A stretch of 64,000 bases of DNA, from positions 1,184,001-1,248,000 of the forward strand of contig OZ240211.1 in NCBI GenBank assembly GCA_965197525.1, written 5' to 3'. The position numbers were made by a program, and so were the translations under genes. The DNA is from Nitrosopumilus sp. (lineage in GTDB: Archaea; Thermoproteota; Nitrososphaeria; Nitrososphaerales; Nitrosopumilaceae). Below the pieces are notes generated by a model. That model was not told where the DNA came from. It did no database searches and worked only from the letters and a program-made list of their open reading frames with translations. How positions within the stretch are numbered: the stretch's first letter is position 1; each line of letters opens with the position of its first letter. Positions 42,217 to 52,259 of this stretch are shown here, piece by piece.

Positions 42217-43314
42217 TTATGACAACTCTCTGATTGCCTTTTCTATAACCCCCCTATCATAAGCACGGGGATAATATTTGAGATATGCCTTGAGATCGTC
42301 TTTTGCGCCAGAACTGTTATTTTGTTTATCTCTGAGAAATGCGCGATTTTTATATATTTTAGCAGAACGCTTGGGGTTAATCGTGATAGCCTTACTGTAA
42401 AACTCTTCTGCCTTGGCAAATTGCTGAGATTTGAGATAAAAATTTCCAAGACCGTTGTAACTAAGATAAGAGCGAGGATTTATCTTTAGACATTTGTCAT
42501 AGTACTGGACACAATCTGGAGAGTTTTGATCGTTATACATTGCGCCTAGCAGATGCAGAGCAGTAGAGTTGTTTGGGTTTAGTTGGACTGCTTTGCGTAG
42601 CGATTCGACGGCACCGTCCGTATTCTTGAGGATGTTCTGGCGTTCAGAGTCAAAGCATAGTCTGTTTGATGCCACGTTGTCTTGATCAGCAAGCGACAGG
42701 GATGAAATAGTCTCAGATGGTGATGATGATGATGTAGGCACTAAGACCAACAACAGTAATCGACCCTCCTCAGACCACTCTGCATCAAAGACGGTTTCAG
42801 GTATTGCTCCCTCTTGCTGCTCTCCTGCCTGATTTCCCTTTTGGACATAATGAAATATCGTCTTTTCTGTATCGTCATAGCCTGTAATTACAGACGCATG
42901 CTGGGTTATCTCTGGAATACCTGGCAGAATGACGATTGGAGGAATTCCCAAATCAATAATCTTTTTTAGCTCAGTAAGAGAAGAGTGAACTATCTTGCAT
43001 GTAATACCATACCGCTCTGCAAGCTCTATTCCCTCGATGAGAATACTGCCATTAAATGTATGATATTTTTTTGCAGCCTCTGCAGCATCTTGAATTGGCA
43101 GATGCACATCCCAGTACTGGGATATCACGTTGATTGGTAGTGGCAGACAGATGTTCTCCTCTTCGACTAGGGGTAGGAATAGTTGATGGATGTTGTCATC
43201 ATCATTATTACTATTATTATCTCCACTGCCGATACTACCATTATAGTTACCAGCAGGGTTGTAACCGTCCTGAGAACTGTAATTATAATTCACATCATCG
43301 TTGTATTTATCCAT
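42217..43314 (-). CDS. Peptidase C39-like domain plus C-terminal TPR protein
   Basis: NICLP, QHASVITGYD; C-terminal TPR helices; Asn/Asp-rich N-terminal extension. Confidence 0.75.
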   Translation of the reverse strand: MDKYNDDVNYNYSSQDGYNPAGNYNGSIGSGDNNSNNDDDNIHQLFLPLVEEENICLPLPINVISQYWDVHLPIQDAAEAAKKYHTFNGSILIEGIELAERYGITCKIVHSSLTELKKIIDLGIPPIVILPGIPEITQHASVITGYDDTEKTIFHYVQKGNQAGEQQEGAIPETVFDAEWSEEGRLLLLVLVPTSSSSPSETISSLSLADQDNVASNRLCFDSERQNILKNTDGAVESLRKAVQLNPNNSTALHLLGAMYNDQNSPDCVQYYDKCLKINPRSYLSYNGLGNFYLKSQQFAKAEEFYSKAITINPKRSAKIYKNRAFLRDKQNNSSGAKDDLKAYLKYYPRAYDRGVIEKAIRELS

Positions 43315-43347
43315 ATATCATACAATTTACAGCGATATTAAAATCAA

Positions 43348-43899
43348 TCAAAGACTGGTAAATCTTGTAATTAATTGGTGTCCGTCCTGACTCATCTCTG
43401 GATGAAACTGAGTACCAAAGATAGCTCGTTCCTTGTGTTGTATAATCTCATATTTACAGCTAGAGGATGTCCCAACACACAACAATGCATCAGGCAGCGC
43501 TGATATCTCATAACTGTGACTTTGAAATACATTCAAAGTGTCACCGGTGCAGATCGGACTCTCTTTGACGGTTTTAACAGTATCCAATCTTTTTACCGGT
43601 GTATCACGGCGTCTAATGGTACCTCCCAGAGTCAGGGCAATAATTTCGGCGCCATAGCAAATGCCAAGCAACTTTACATCGTTTTTAACACAGTGCAAGA
43701 TAATCTTGGAATTGACCTCGTTGGTTTTTTTAGAGTTGCTCACGCGGCCTGAGAGTATAACGCCAGTATACCTGTCCAAGGAATCCATATCAATCATATG
43801 AGGAGCAAACACCTCAAATGGCACTCCGTTTGTATGCAGAAGATTTGTTAGATCTTTTACATAAACAGAGCCGTTGTCAACTACTAGTAGCAAAAGCAA
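43348..43899 (-). CDS. Class I glutamine amidotransferase
   Basis: LGICYG, GTQFHPE triad motifs. Confidence 0.9.
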   Translation of the reverse strand: MLLLLVVDNGSVYVKDLTNLLHTNGVPFEVFAPHMIDMDSLDRYTGVILSGRVSNSKKTNEVNSKIILHCVKNDVKLLGICYGAEIIALTLGGTIRRRDTPVKRLDTVKTVKESPICTGDTLNVFQSHSYEISALPDALLCVGTSSSCKYEIIQHKERAIFGTQFHPEMSQDGHQLITRFTSL

Positions 43900-46779
43900 C
43901 TAGTTGCCTACCTCAATTGAGATGAAGTGAACCTCAGGAATGCCGTCTTGTAAAACAACAGTGCCTACGTTGACGTGATTGTCCTCTTCCCACATTATTA
44001 CGCGTGTGCTCTGCTCTGTTACAAACTCGTCCATAAACGCGGCTACGAACTCTACAGCATTCTGTCTGTCATTTTCAGTAAAGAAGAACAGATCTCCTTC
44101 ATTAAATGACAGCGGAATCTGAATGGATGTTGGTTCTGCAATAGAGATGCCATTATCGGTAAACAGCGAGCGTATGATATCAATTCTATCATCACGTTCT
44201 AGTTCTATATAGTTCACGTCAGCTATAGTCACAGCAGATGCAACGCCTGAGACCTTTTTGAGGTATTGCTCAAATGCCGCTTCTTGGGTATCACCCAATC
44301 CTACAAAGTACTCTCCGTTAAACGCAGCACCGACTGCGGCAATGGTTCCCAGCTGAGCAACAACACCGCCCGCACCTGCAGTATACACAGGAATAAAGTA
44401 GACATCGTGGTCGCCTACGCGATACAGTATATTATCACCGATTCTTGGATTCCTCAACAACGTCTTTAATTGTGCAAATTCGGGATCTCGGTCAAGCGCC
44501 TCCCTTACTGCAGTAGGGCCGATCAACTTTGTAGTAGAGTTTAGTGGAACTTCATAGAACTGCAAATTACCAAGGCGGTCTAGGTCGTTTTCTACTACCA
44601 TGTATCCTGCCAAGTTTCTGCCCTGTGAACCCTTTAGCTCAAGGGACAACAGCCCCAAGAACTCGGTACTCTCAAACCCTGGAGGCTTTGCCTCAACGTA
44701 ATACGTCTCAAGACCTCGTGGAATCTCATAGAACTCGTTTGCCTGAATGTATGTCTCAGCGTTGGTAACATGATAAAAGTTATACATCTCTGTCTTCCAG
44801 TTAAACAGCTCTACAGGATACCTAATCTGTTCCTCTAACCAGCTAGGTATTGGTACAAACTGCTCTGCATATTGTTCTGCAAACATCTCGGTAAAAAAGT
44901 CATCTCCGGTTTTTAGTAGCTGAATATCACCATCATACGAGTCAACTAGCGCATACCCGACTAGACGCAGATAGGGATTGTCAACAGACCATGGAACATC
45001 AGATGTCTCAAATCCAATAATTAATGGAATTAACCAGTAAGAGTTTATACCATCAGTGACTGGCAGCGAGTCAAGCTCTTTTCCAAATAAATCATAAAGG
45101 AAGTAAGGGTACAAAATTTCCATCCTGTCATGCACGTCCTTGTATCTCATGATATGGACCGGTTCTGCTGGAAATTGCAACAAAAAGTTTGGCTCAAAGA
45201 TCCAACTAAGTGGAGGTCCAACATCAAGACCGCCTATTCCTGAATATGACACCTGTCCTAGTTCTGCGCTTGTATCACCACGCGAGGTTGGGTATCCAGA
45301 CCATACGGGGCCTGAGCTCATACTCTCAAATAACCCACCTTCACCGTAATAGATCTCTCGCTGCTTGAAGAATTCCTCGCTATCGACTATCTGTCCATCA
45401 GTAGCCTCCAAGGTCAAAAATGCATTAGGAACATGAGTATACACCAAGTGTTCGTTGTACCATGCGTTGTCTGCAGATACTGATGATGGAAGGATCGGAC
45501 TCATTGATGCTGTCCAATATAACGTGTTGTTAAATCGAAGAATATCATTATCCGCAAAGCCAACATATGGGATTAGGCCTATCTCTGGTTTTAGTTTGGC
45601 AAATGCTGCCTCCCAGTCCCAAACACGAATGACATCTAACACGTCATTGTTTTGCGCTACATAGTTTTTGATGTTATTAGATGACACGGATGTAAGTTGG
45701 ACGTCATGAACGTTCTCTTGTATGTTGTCTAATTCACCCAGATAACGATTAACGCCTATCTGCTGAGCAGTATACGGTCCCAGATACTCTAGCTTTTTGG
45801 CATCAGCAATAATATTATTCCCAACTACAACTGCAAGAACTACTGCAATAATTGCAACAATCGTTATTATCCTGATATACACATCTCGTTTGAACATGTG
45901 TGTTAGGACACGTGCGCGAATCCTGTCAAGAATAGAAAACGCAATAAAAGCAGAACCAATAATTAAAACGCCACCAATAACATAACGTGTATTGTAATCT
46001 ATCTGGCTTGTAAAAAAGAGGTTTATGCCTACCCATATTATAGCAATGCCAAATATACCCTCAATGGTTGATACATAGTTTAGATACCGTGGTTTGCCAT
46101 CAGTAGTGTCGACCATATACGACGTAATAACTTGGATTATTCTATGAATTCCGACATACAAGACAAGACGTATTCCGACTGCTGCAAGGAGCGGAGGAAT
46201 CAATATTACAAGAGCGGGAATCATTGGAACGACGTTGTTGACTGCGTATGCGGGATCGCTGTCCGGAGTTACAAAGGGTAAGGAGAATAATGCAGTCAGA
46301 TTTTCAACGCCTAGCGTGGTATCTCCGGTAATAAACGATACTGCGGCAAACCCGAACATAATGTTTACAAAAAATGCACCGAACAGCAGAATCTTTGTAA
46401 TCTGCCATAGTACGAATTGGGGAGGAGATAGTTTGTACTCTTTGAAACTCTGTATGTTATTTGAGACAGGCTGCTGGCTGGTACGGCCAAAAAACCCTAC
46501 TCCAGTATTAATGATATACCAAAATATAGAAGAACGTCCAGCAACATTGACGCGCACCAGTGCTATGGCAGCCAGGATTATCGTCGATACAAGGGTATAA
46601 TACAACGGTTTGGTAAACTGTTCGCCGAACTCTGTAAAATTCATCGACAGTATAACTGCCTGATTGCCTGCCAAGACAAAGATTACCGCTACAATGATTG
46701 CAACTAGAACTATGCGTACAAGTTTTCCAGTATTGGGAGGCGGAGCTTGTTTATCCGTAGCGGCGCTATACAAAATCAA
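43900..46779 (-). CDS. UPF0182-family membrane protein
   Basis: N-terminal TM helices; VRVWD, HLVYTH, REIYYGE, LLPYY-like soluble domain. Confidence 0.88.
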   Translation of the reverse strand: MILYSAATDKQAPPPNTGKLVRIVLVAIIVAVIFVLAGNQAVILSMNFTEFGEQFTKPLYYTLVSTIILAAIALVRVNVAGRSSIFWYIINTGVGFFGRTSQQPVSNNIQSFKEYKLSPPQFVLWQITKILLFGAFFVNIMFGFAAVSFITGDTTLGVENLTALFSLPFVTPDSDPAYAVNNVVPMIPALVILIPPLLAAVGIRLVLYVGIHRIIQVITSYMVDTTDGKPRYLNYVSTIEGIFGIAIIWVGINLFFTSQIDYNTRYVIGGVLIIGSAFIAFSILDRIRARVLTHMFKRDVYIRIITIVAIIAVVLAVVVGNNIIADAKKLEYLGPYTAQQIGVNRYLGELDNIQENVHDVQLTSVSSNNIKNYVAQNNDVLDVIRVWDWEAAFAKLKPEIGLIPYVGFADNDILRFNNTLYWTASMSPILPSSVSADNAWYNEHLVYTHVPNAFLTLEATDGQIVDSEEFFKQREIYYGEGGLFESMSSGPVWSGYPTSRGDTSAELGQVSYSGIGGLDVGPPLSWIFEPNFLLQFPAEPVHIMRYKDVHDRMEILYPYFLYDLFGKELDSLPVTDGINSYWLIPLIIGFETSDVPWSVDNPYLRLVGYALVDSYDGDIQLLKTGDDFFTEMFAEQYAEQFVPIPSWLEEQIRYPVELFNWKTEMYNFYHVTNAETYIQANEFYEIPRGLETYYVEAKPPGFESTEFLGLLSLELKGSQGRNLAGYMVVENDLDRLGNLQFYEVPLNSTTKLIGPTAVREALDRDPEFAQLKTLLRNPRIGDNILYRVGDHDVYFIPVYTAGAGGVVAQLGTIAAVGAAFNGEYFVGLGDTQEAAFEQYLKKVSGVASAVTIADVNYIELERDDRIDIIRSLFTDNGISIAEPTSIQIPLSFNEGDLFFFTENDRQNAVEFVAAFMDEFVTEQSTRVIMWEEDNHVNVGTVVLQDGIPEVHFISIEVGN

Positions 46780-46820
46780 CTATTGTTAAGAGTTGGTAAA
46801 TTAATGTCTTACCAGCAAAA

Positions 46821-47954
46821 TCAGGCTATTTTTGCCATTTTCTTGCATGCCATGTAGACTGCAGCGTACGTAGGTACTGTAATTTGCTCATCGTCATACG
46901 GACCAAACGTCTTGTTCTGTAACTTGAACGCTATTGGAGTACTAGCTACAACCTCTACTGTATCATCAGAGAGCAGAGAGGCATCAGTAAATGGATTAAA
47001 GTTTGACATGTCATCAATATCGCAGCGAATCTTCGATAGGCCGCTCTTGCTGTTAAGGGAGCCAGGCAGCCTGAAGATCCTGCTGATGTCTTGGGTTACG
47101 TTGGGATCAATCTTGACGCCAATTGACGGGGCTACATCATCATTGAGGGTTTTTTGGAAATTTGGATATCCGTCAGCAATCAACTCTTTAATTTTTTTTG
47201 GGCGTTTTGATTTTGCACCATAAACATGTTCTGAGAATCTGCTGCGCCATCCCACTTGATCAAAATCAGGAAGATCGTCGCGTTTTGTCTTGCTGGTTCT
47301 TTTCATTCCAAATGTCTCAGGGATGGCACCGCGAAGCGTAATGTAATCTACCAGCTCTTGTCGCTCTTTTGCGCCAATAGGTTGAAACTGTGAATTATAC
47401 ACATAAATATGAAATCCTTCATTTCCTGAAAAGTAGACATAGATGTCAGTTTGATTAACACCCAAGTCAGCAGTCAGAATATCAACTAGTTTTGATACCT
47501 CGTTTTTAGATGCGGCAATGCATTTTTTGCATGGTAGTGACTTGTTGTCTAGTTTTGTAGAGTTGCACTTGTCGCAGGACTTTGAGTGTTTTAAAACGCG
47601 ATTGCAGTCACTGCAAATTGAGATTGTGTGATCAGCTCTGCACGGTAAAGAGAGATCTTTTGCATCAATATCAAATATTAGATCAGCTTCTTTCCAAATT
47701 TTCTCATTCATCGGTCGGTCAGGAAACGTGTAATATGCATTAGAACAGTATACATCTGATGGAGTATTTTCCATTAACATTATATGTAATTTTTTATCAT
47801 CTGGTATGGAGATATGACGAATCATGCCAGAGTCAAATTTTTGATAGCCGTATTCGCGTTCGTGTGAACGTGTGAGTGCTGTTATCTTGTCAAAATTGGC
47901 ATAATAGTATTTCTTAAATGCGTCCTGTAAAAATGATATGTCAGATTGGTCCAC
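46821..47954 (-). CDS. priS: DNA primase small (catalytic) subunit
   Basis: LIFDIDAKD, FSGNEGFH, IDPNVTQDISRIFRLPGSLNSKSG; start placed at GTG 47954 just after the priL stop (track ORF begins at 48008). Confidence 0.92.
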   Translation of the reverse strand: MDQSDISFLQDAFKKYYYANFDKITALTRSHEREYGYQKFDSGMIRHISIPDDKKLHIMLMENTPSDVYCSNAYYTFPDRPMNEKIWKEADLIFDIDAKDLSLPCRADHTISICSDCNRVLKHSKSCDKCNSTKLDNKSLPCKKCIAASKNEVSKLVDILTADLGVNQTDIYVYFSGNEGFHIYVYNSQFQPIGAKERQELVDYITLRGAIPETFGMKRTSKTKRDDLPDFDQVGWRSRFSEHVYGAKSKRPKKIKELIADGYPNFQKTLNDDVAPSIGVKIDPNVTQDISRIFRLPGSLNSKSGLSKIRCDIDDMSNFNPFTDASLLSDDTVEVVASTPIAFKLQNKTFGPYDDEQITVPTYAAVYMACKKMAKIA

Positions 47955-47956
47955 GA

Positions 47957-48988
47957 CTAGGATCGCCTCTTCTTTCCAAACTGTAAGGGATTGATAATAC
48001 CATTGCATGCAGGTATCTCAAAGCAGAGACTTTGTGTCTTTAGCTTTTCACAAGAGGGACACATGTACTGCGTTCCACTGCCGCTTGTGCCTGATAGGTG
48101 ATTCAGCTGGTATAGTGTGACGCGTGGGTTGTAATCTGGTGCATTTTTAAACAGTGGCGCGATTTGACTGACTGTCTGCCCTTTGGATAAAAGAAATGTA
48201 GCAAGCATGAATCGTCCAGAATGGGGGAGGTTCTCTCCTTTCTCAAGCGTCTCTATTGCATGTTTTATGCATGGCGGGTATTCCCCGGTATCAACTGTGG
48301 CAGTTACAAACTTTTTTGAGAGTAACACAAGTTTGTTGACTGACTCCTCAAAGCCTGAGATCATCTCAGGGGTCTTGGAGTTGACTATCTTGGAGTTGAT
48401 ATAGGTACCAAGTTCTGTGCGTATCAGTCTGACTGTCTCGTGTGATGACAGATATACAAGACCTTCCTGGACGCGCCTGTTTACTAGCTTCCACTCTCGC
48501 TCATGAAAGTTGACAGAGTGTGTCAGGTAGTCTGATACAGGAATGACAAAAGAGTCGTCGCGTCTCTGAATCTGAATTGAGAATAGCTCGTAAATTATCC
48601 TGACTGCCAGGTCTACTCTAGATTGATCATACATATTCCCAAGATCACGTTCAAGATGGCGTTCTGCACGTCTTGACTCTGCTAGCGCAAACCGTTTGAT
48701 AAGAGTGTGTGACTTTGACTGCTTTAAGAGTACGATGGCCAGTAAAAATGAGAATATCTCTTTTGGCAGCGTTGCCTGATCTGTGATATGACCGGCGGCA
48801 TCCAAGGTAGATTTGTAGATGCCGCCACCAGACGCAATCTTGATTCGTTGGTATGCCATATCAATTAACTGCCTCAAGTCAGGATCCGCTCCAAACTGTT
48901 CTAGTGTAAACCCTTGTTCCTTGAGATATGCGCCTGCATCGCCTAAGAATGGATATTTTGCCTTTTCATCTTCTCCTAGGGTAATCAT
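47957..48988 (-). CDS. priL: DNA primase large subunit
   Basis: PPCI, HSGRF, APDY, Fe-S Cys (PSC...C...C..I.NP). Confidence 0.93.
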   Translation of the reverse strand: MITLGEDEKAKYPFLGDAGAYLKEQGFTLEQFGADPDLRQLIDMAYQRIKIASGGGIYKSTLDAAGHITDQATLPKEIFSFLLAIVLLKQSKSHTLIKRFALAESRRAERHLERDLGNMYDQSRVDLAVRIIYELFSIQIQRRDDSFVIPVSDYLTHSVNFHEREWKLVNRRVQEGLVYLSSHETVRLIRTELGTYINSKIVNSKTPEMISGFEESVNKLVLLSKKFVTATVDTGEYPPCIKHAIETLEKGENLPHSGRFMLATFLLSKGQTVSQIAPLFKNAPDYNPRVTLYQLNHLSGTSGSGTQYMCPSCEKLKTQSLCFEIPACNGIINPLQFGKKRRS

Positions 48989-49057
48989 ACGATGATAGTT
49001 TGGTTTGTTTGATTTAAAAATATGGTTTTTTGTAAATATCGGACGCTGGTTTAAATT

Positions 49058-49918
49058 ATGTCAAACCAAATATGTAGCATGCAAGTCGGATGTCATGTAT
49101 CCATATCAGGGTCAATTGATAGAGCAGTTGATAATGCAGTAGAGAGAGAATGTACTGCATTTCAGATATTTACAAGAAATCCCAGAGGTTGGCATGCAAA
49201 AGATCTGGGAGCAGAGGATATCAGTAACTTTAAGACAAAGTTAGGACATAGTAAGATTGACAGATTTGCAACATGTGCGCATATGCCGTATCTGCCCAAT
49301 TTGGCAACTCCAAAAGACGACGGATTTGAAAAGTCAGTAAAGACTCTGATAGGCGAGGTTGAAAGATGTGCGCAGCTGGGAATCCCGTATCTTGTGACGC
49401 ATTTAGGCAGTCATCTAGGAACAGGCGATCAGGCAGGAATAAAGAGACTGGTGGAGGGATTGACTAGAGCAGGTCAGACAAAGAATGATGTGGTTATACT
49501 CTTGGAGAATACAGCAGGCCAGAAGAACTCGGTGGGCTCTGATTTTAAACAGTTAGGTGAGATATTCAAGCAGTTAAAACCTGCAAAAAAGTTTGGCGTG
49601 TGTCTGGATACCTGCCATGCATTTGTTGCAGGATATGACCTGAGAACCGATGTTAATGTAAGGGAGACGTTCTCAGAGTTTGACAGGCATGTAGGAGTGA
49701 AACATTTGAAGATACTGCATCTAAATGATGCAAGAGGGGATATCGGGTGTAATTTGGATAGGCATTATCATTTAGGATTAGGCGGGATAGGCAGTACAGG
49801 AATTGCAGCCGTTGTAAAGTTTGCAAACAAACAAAAGATTCCCATAATTTTGGAGACGCCAATTGACGACGAGAGAGACGATTTTGAGAATATCAGAGTG
49901 GCAAAAGGATTTGCGTAA
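49058..49918 (+). CDS. nfo: Endonuclease IV (AP endonuclease)
   Basis: GCHVSI, HMPY..NL, LENTAG, CLDTCH, HLND, DRH, ILETP. Confidence 0.95.
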   Translation: MSNQICSMQVGCHVSISGSIDRAVDNAVERECTAFQIFTRNPRGWHAKDLGAEDISNFKTKLGHSKIDRFATCAHMPYLPNLATPKDDGFEKSVKTLIGEVERCAQLGIPYLVTHLGSHLGTGDQAGIKRLVEGLTRAGQTKNDVVILLENTAGQKNSVGSDFKQLGEIFKQLKPAKKFGVCLDTCHAFVAGYDLRTDVNVRETFSEFDRHVGVKHLKILHLNDARGDIGCNLDRHYHLGLGGIGSTGIAAVVKFANKQKIPIILETPIDDERDDFENIRVAKGFA

Positions 49919-49965
49919 AGTTAAAGACGAAAAGATGACGAGAGTGATAAAGGTAGAGATGTACA

Positions 49966-51438
49966 ATGAACTATGAAACAGTAATGAAATTAGCACTTGA
50001 GCGGGGGTTTTACTTTCCTAGCTGTGAAGTGTATGCAGATGCCCAGGCAGGATTCTGGGAGTATGGACCTGCAGGAGTCAGCCTAAAGAACAAGTTTCTA
50101 GAGTTGTGGAGAAGGGAGCTTGTAAGGCGGGATGCGATGCTAGAGATTGACGGCTCACAGATAATGTCAAAGTCGGTATTTGAGGCATCAGGTCATCTGG
50201 GAAACTTTGCAGATCCCATAGTCAGGTGTACAGAATGCAACTCTACATTTAGGGCAGACAAGATGATAGCAGAGACTACACAGATTGAGATACCGGAATC
50301 AGCACCGTTGCAAGAGTTCGATGACGCAATAACAAACAACGGTGTGAGATGCCCAAGGTGCAAGGGAGAGTTCGGAGAGACTGAGAACTTTAACATGATG
50401 TTCAAGGTGGGCATAGGACCGCAAGGTGACGAAGCGTATCTAAGACCTGAGACGTGTCAGTCCATCTTTGTTGATTTCCCAAGACTATACAAGACTATGA
50501 GAGGGAAACTGCCATTGGGTATAGCCCAAATAGGAAAGAGTTTTAGAAACGAGATAGCGCCAAGACAGAGCCTGTTGCGTTTAAGAGAGTTTTACCAGGC
50601 AGAGATAGAGGTGTTTTGCAATCCAGAAAAGCTAGATGATGATGAATCAGCAATAAAATTCTCAGAGATTGCAGAGGTTGTGATCAGAGTTCAAGATGAC
50701 AACCAGACAGAACCTGTTGCAATGACATGCAAACAGGCAGTAGAGACAGGTGTGGTGCCAAACAAGTTTGTCGCATATTATCTGGGAATTTTAACTGAAT
50801 TTTATGAAAAGGCCGGAATTGACATTACAAAAAGCAGATTCAGAAAACTAGGTGAGAAAGAAAAGGCGTTTTACGCAGAGGTCGCATTTGATTTTGAGGT
50901 AGAGACAACACTAGGATGGCTAGAGCTAGTTGCATGCAACTATAGGTCAGACTATGACCTGTCAAGCCACGCAAAGAAGAGCAAGACAAAGTTTGAAGTA
51001 GTCGACGACGATAAAAAGGTGCTACCGCACGTATTTGAGATCTCGATGGGCGTTGATAGGAGTTTGTATACTGTCTTGGAGCACAGTCTACGAGAGGATA
51101 AAGAGAATGATAGAATTGTGTTATCATTGAAACCGTATCTGTCACCTGTTCACGTTGGCATTCTATCACTAGTCAAAAAAGACGGGTTAAAAGAAAAGAC
51201 AGACGAGATATACCTGAAGATAAAGAGGAGATGCGATGCGTTCTTGGATCATTCAGGTGCGATAGGTAGAAGGTACAGACGGTTAGACGAGGTAGGTTCG
51301 CCGTTTGCCATCACAGTTGATCATCAGACGTTACAGGACGGAACAGTAACAATTCGAATGCGAGACAGTATGGAACAGAAGAGAATCCAAGTCTCTGAGA
51401 TTAATGCAGTTATTGGTGAATCGATTGCGTATCCCTGA
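49966..51438 (+). CDS. glyS: Glycine--tRNA ligase (alpha2 type)
   Basis: LRPETCQ, GKSFRNEI.PRQ, REF.QAE, C-terminal anticodon-binding domain. Confidence 0.95.
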   Translation: MNYETVMKLALERGFYFPSCEVYADAQAGFWEYGPAGVSLKNKFLELWRRELVRRDAMLEIDGSQIMSKSVFEASGHLGNFADPIVRCTECNSTFRADKMIAETTQIEIPESAPLQEFDDAITNNGVRCPRCKGEFGETENFNMMFKVGIGPQGDEAYLRPETCQSIFVDFPRLYKTMRGKLPLGIAQIGKSFRNEIAPRQSLLRLREFYQAEIEVFCNPEKLDDDESAIKFSEIAEVVIRVQDDNQTEPVAMTCKQAVETGVVPNKFVAYYLGILTEFYEKAGIDITKSRFRKLGEKEKAFYAEVAFDFEVETTLGWLELVACNYRSDYDLSSHAKKSKTKFEVVDDDKKVLPHVFEISMGVDRSLYTVLEHSLREDKENDRIVLSLKPYLSPVHVGILSLVKKDGLKEKTDEIYLKIKRRCDAFLDHSGAIGRRYRRLDEVGSPFAITVDHQTLQDGTVTIRMRDSMEQKRIQVSEINAVIGESIAYP

Positions 51439-51719
51439 TAACTATGATGAGGATGATGACATACACCACATAATTAAAGATTAACGGATGTTAAACCTTG
51501 TTTCCCAATTCAGATATTTCGCACTTTTACGATTAATTTAGTCCGTAAACGGCGTCAAGTCATACGAGAATCATGTTCTTTGTGGTAACTCAGATGCATT
51601 TATCTAAATTAGAAAACAAAGTTTTTCTTTGAAAAGATATTTCAAAACATCATTTGCAATAATACTATATTATTCAAATTTGTAAAATTTTTAAAATCAT
51701 CTTTTAACTGCAGAAAATC

Positions 51720-52247
51720 TCATTTATTCCAATTGTCAAACCCATATAATTGACTTAGATGCGTAGTGTATTTTTTATAGTTTAAATGCTCCTTGGTTTG
51801 AATCAGGCGTTTTTTTTCTAACTCAAATATACCGTGTCGCTTTAGTTCACCCATCTTAAAAATCAACACACGGTATGAAGTATATGGTATCAAATCTACT
51901 ATTTCGTTTGCTTTAAACTCACGACCAAATGACATCATCCATTTGAAACTTTTGCCAAGTCTTGTGTCTCTGGCACATACAGTTGAAAAATTTGTAATAT
52001 CAAATTGTCTATGTTTGTTCGCAAAATTTGCTAGTTTTCTACAAGCACGCCACCGTTCAGTAGTAGATGGAACGTCGTCTCCAGTCAGCACTTGCCTTGC
52101 ATCATCAATTAACGCATCATATCCTTTCTTTAGATCCATGACATTGTCTCCAATATTTACACCACTGGTCTCAAAATCATCAAAATCCATCGATACTTCT
52201 GTCATGCCATCTATTTTAACTAGTTTTACAGGTATGCGATAAGTCAT
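51720..52247 (-). CDS. Hypothetical basic helical protein, partner of the GHKL ATPase
   Basis: 175-aa ORF starting 12 bp after the ATPase stop, same strand. Confidence 0.65.
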   Translation of the reverse strand: MTYRIPVKLVKIDGMTEVSMDFDDFETSGVNIGDNVMDLKKGYDALIDDARQVLTGDDVPSTTERWRACRKLANFANKHRQFDITNFSTVCARDTRLGKSFKWMMSFGREFKANEIVDLIPYTSYRVLIFKMGELKRHGIFELEKKRLIQTKEHLNYKKYTTHLSQLYGFDNWNK

Positions 52248-52259
52248 GAATGATTTTCT

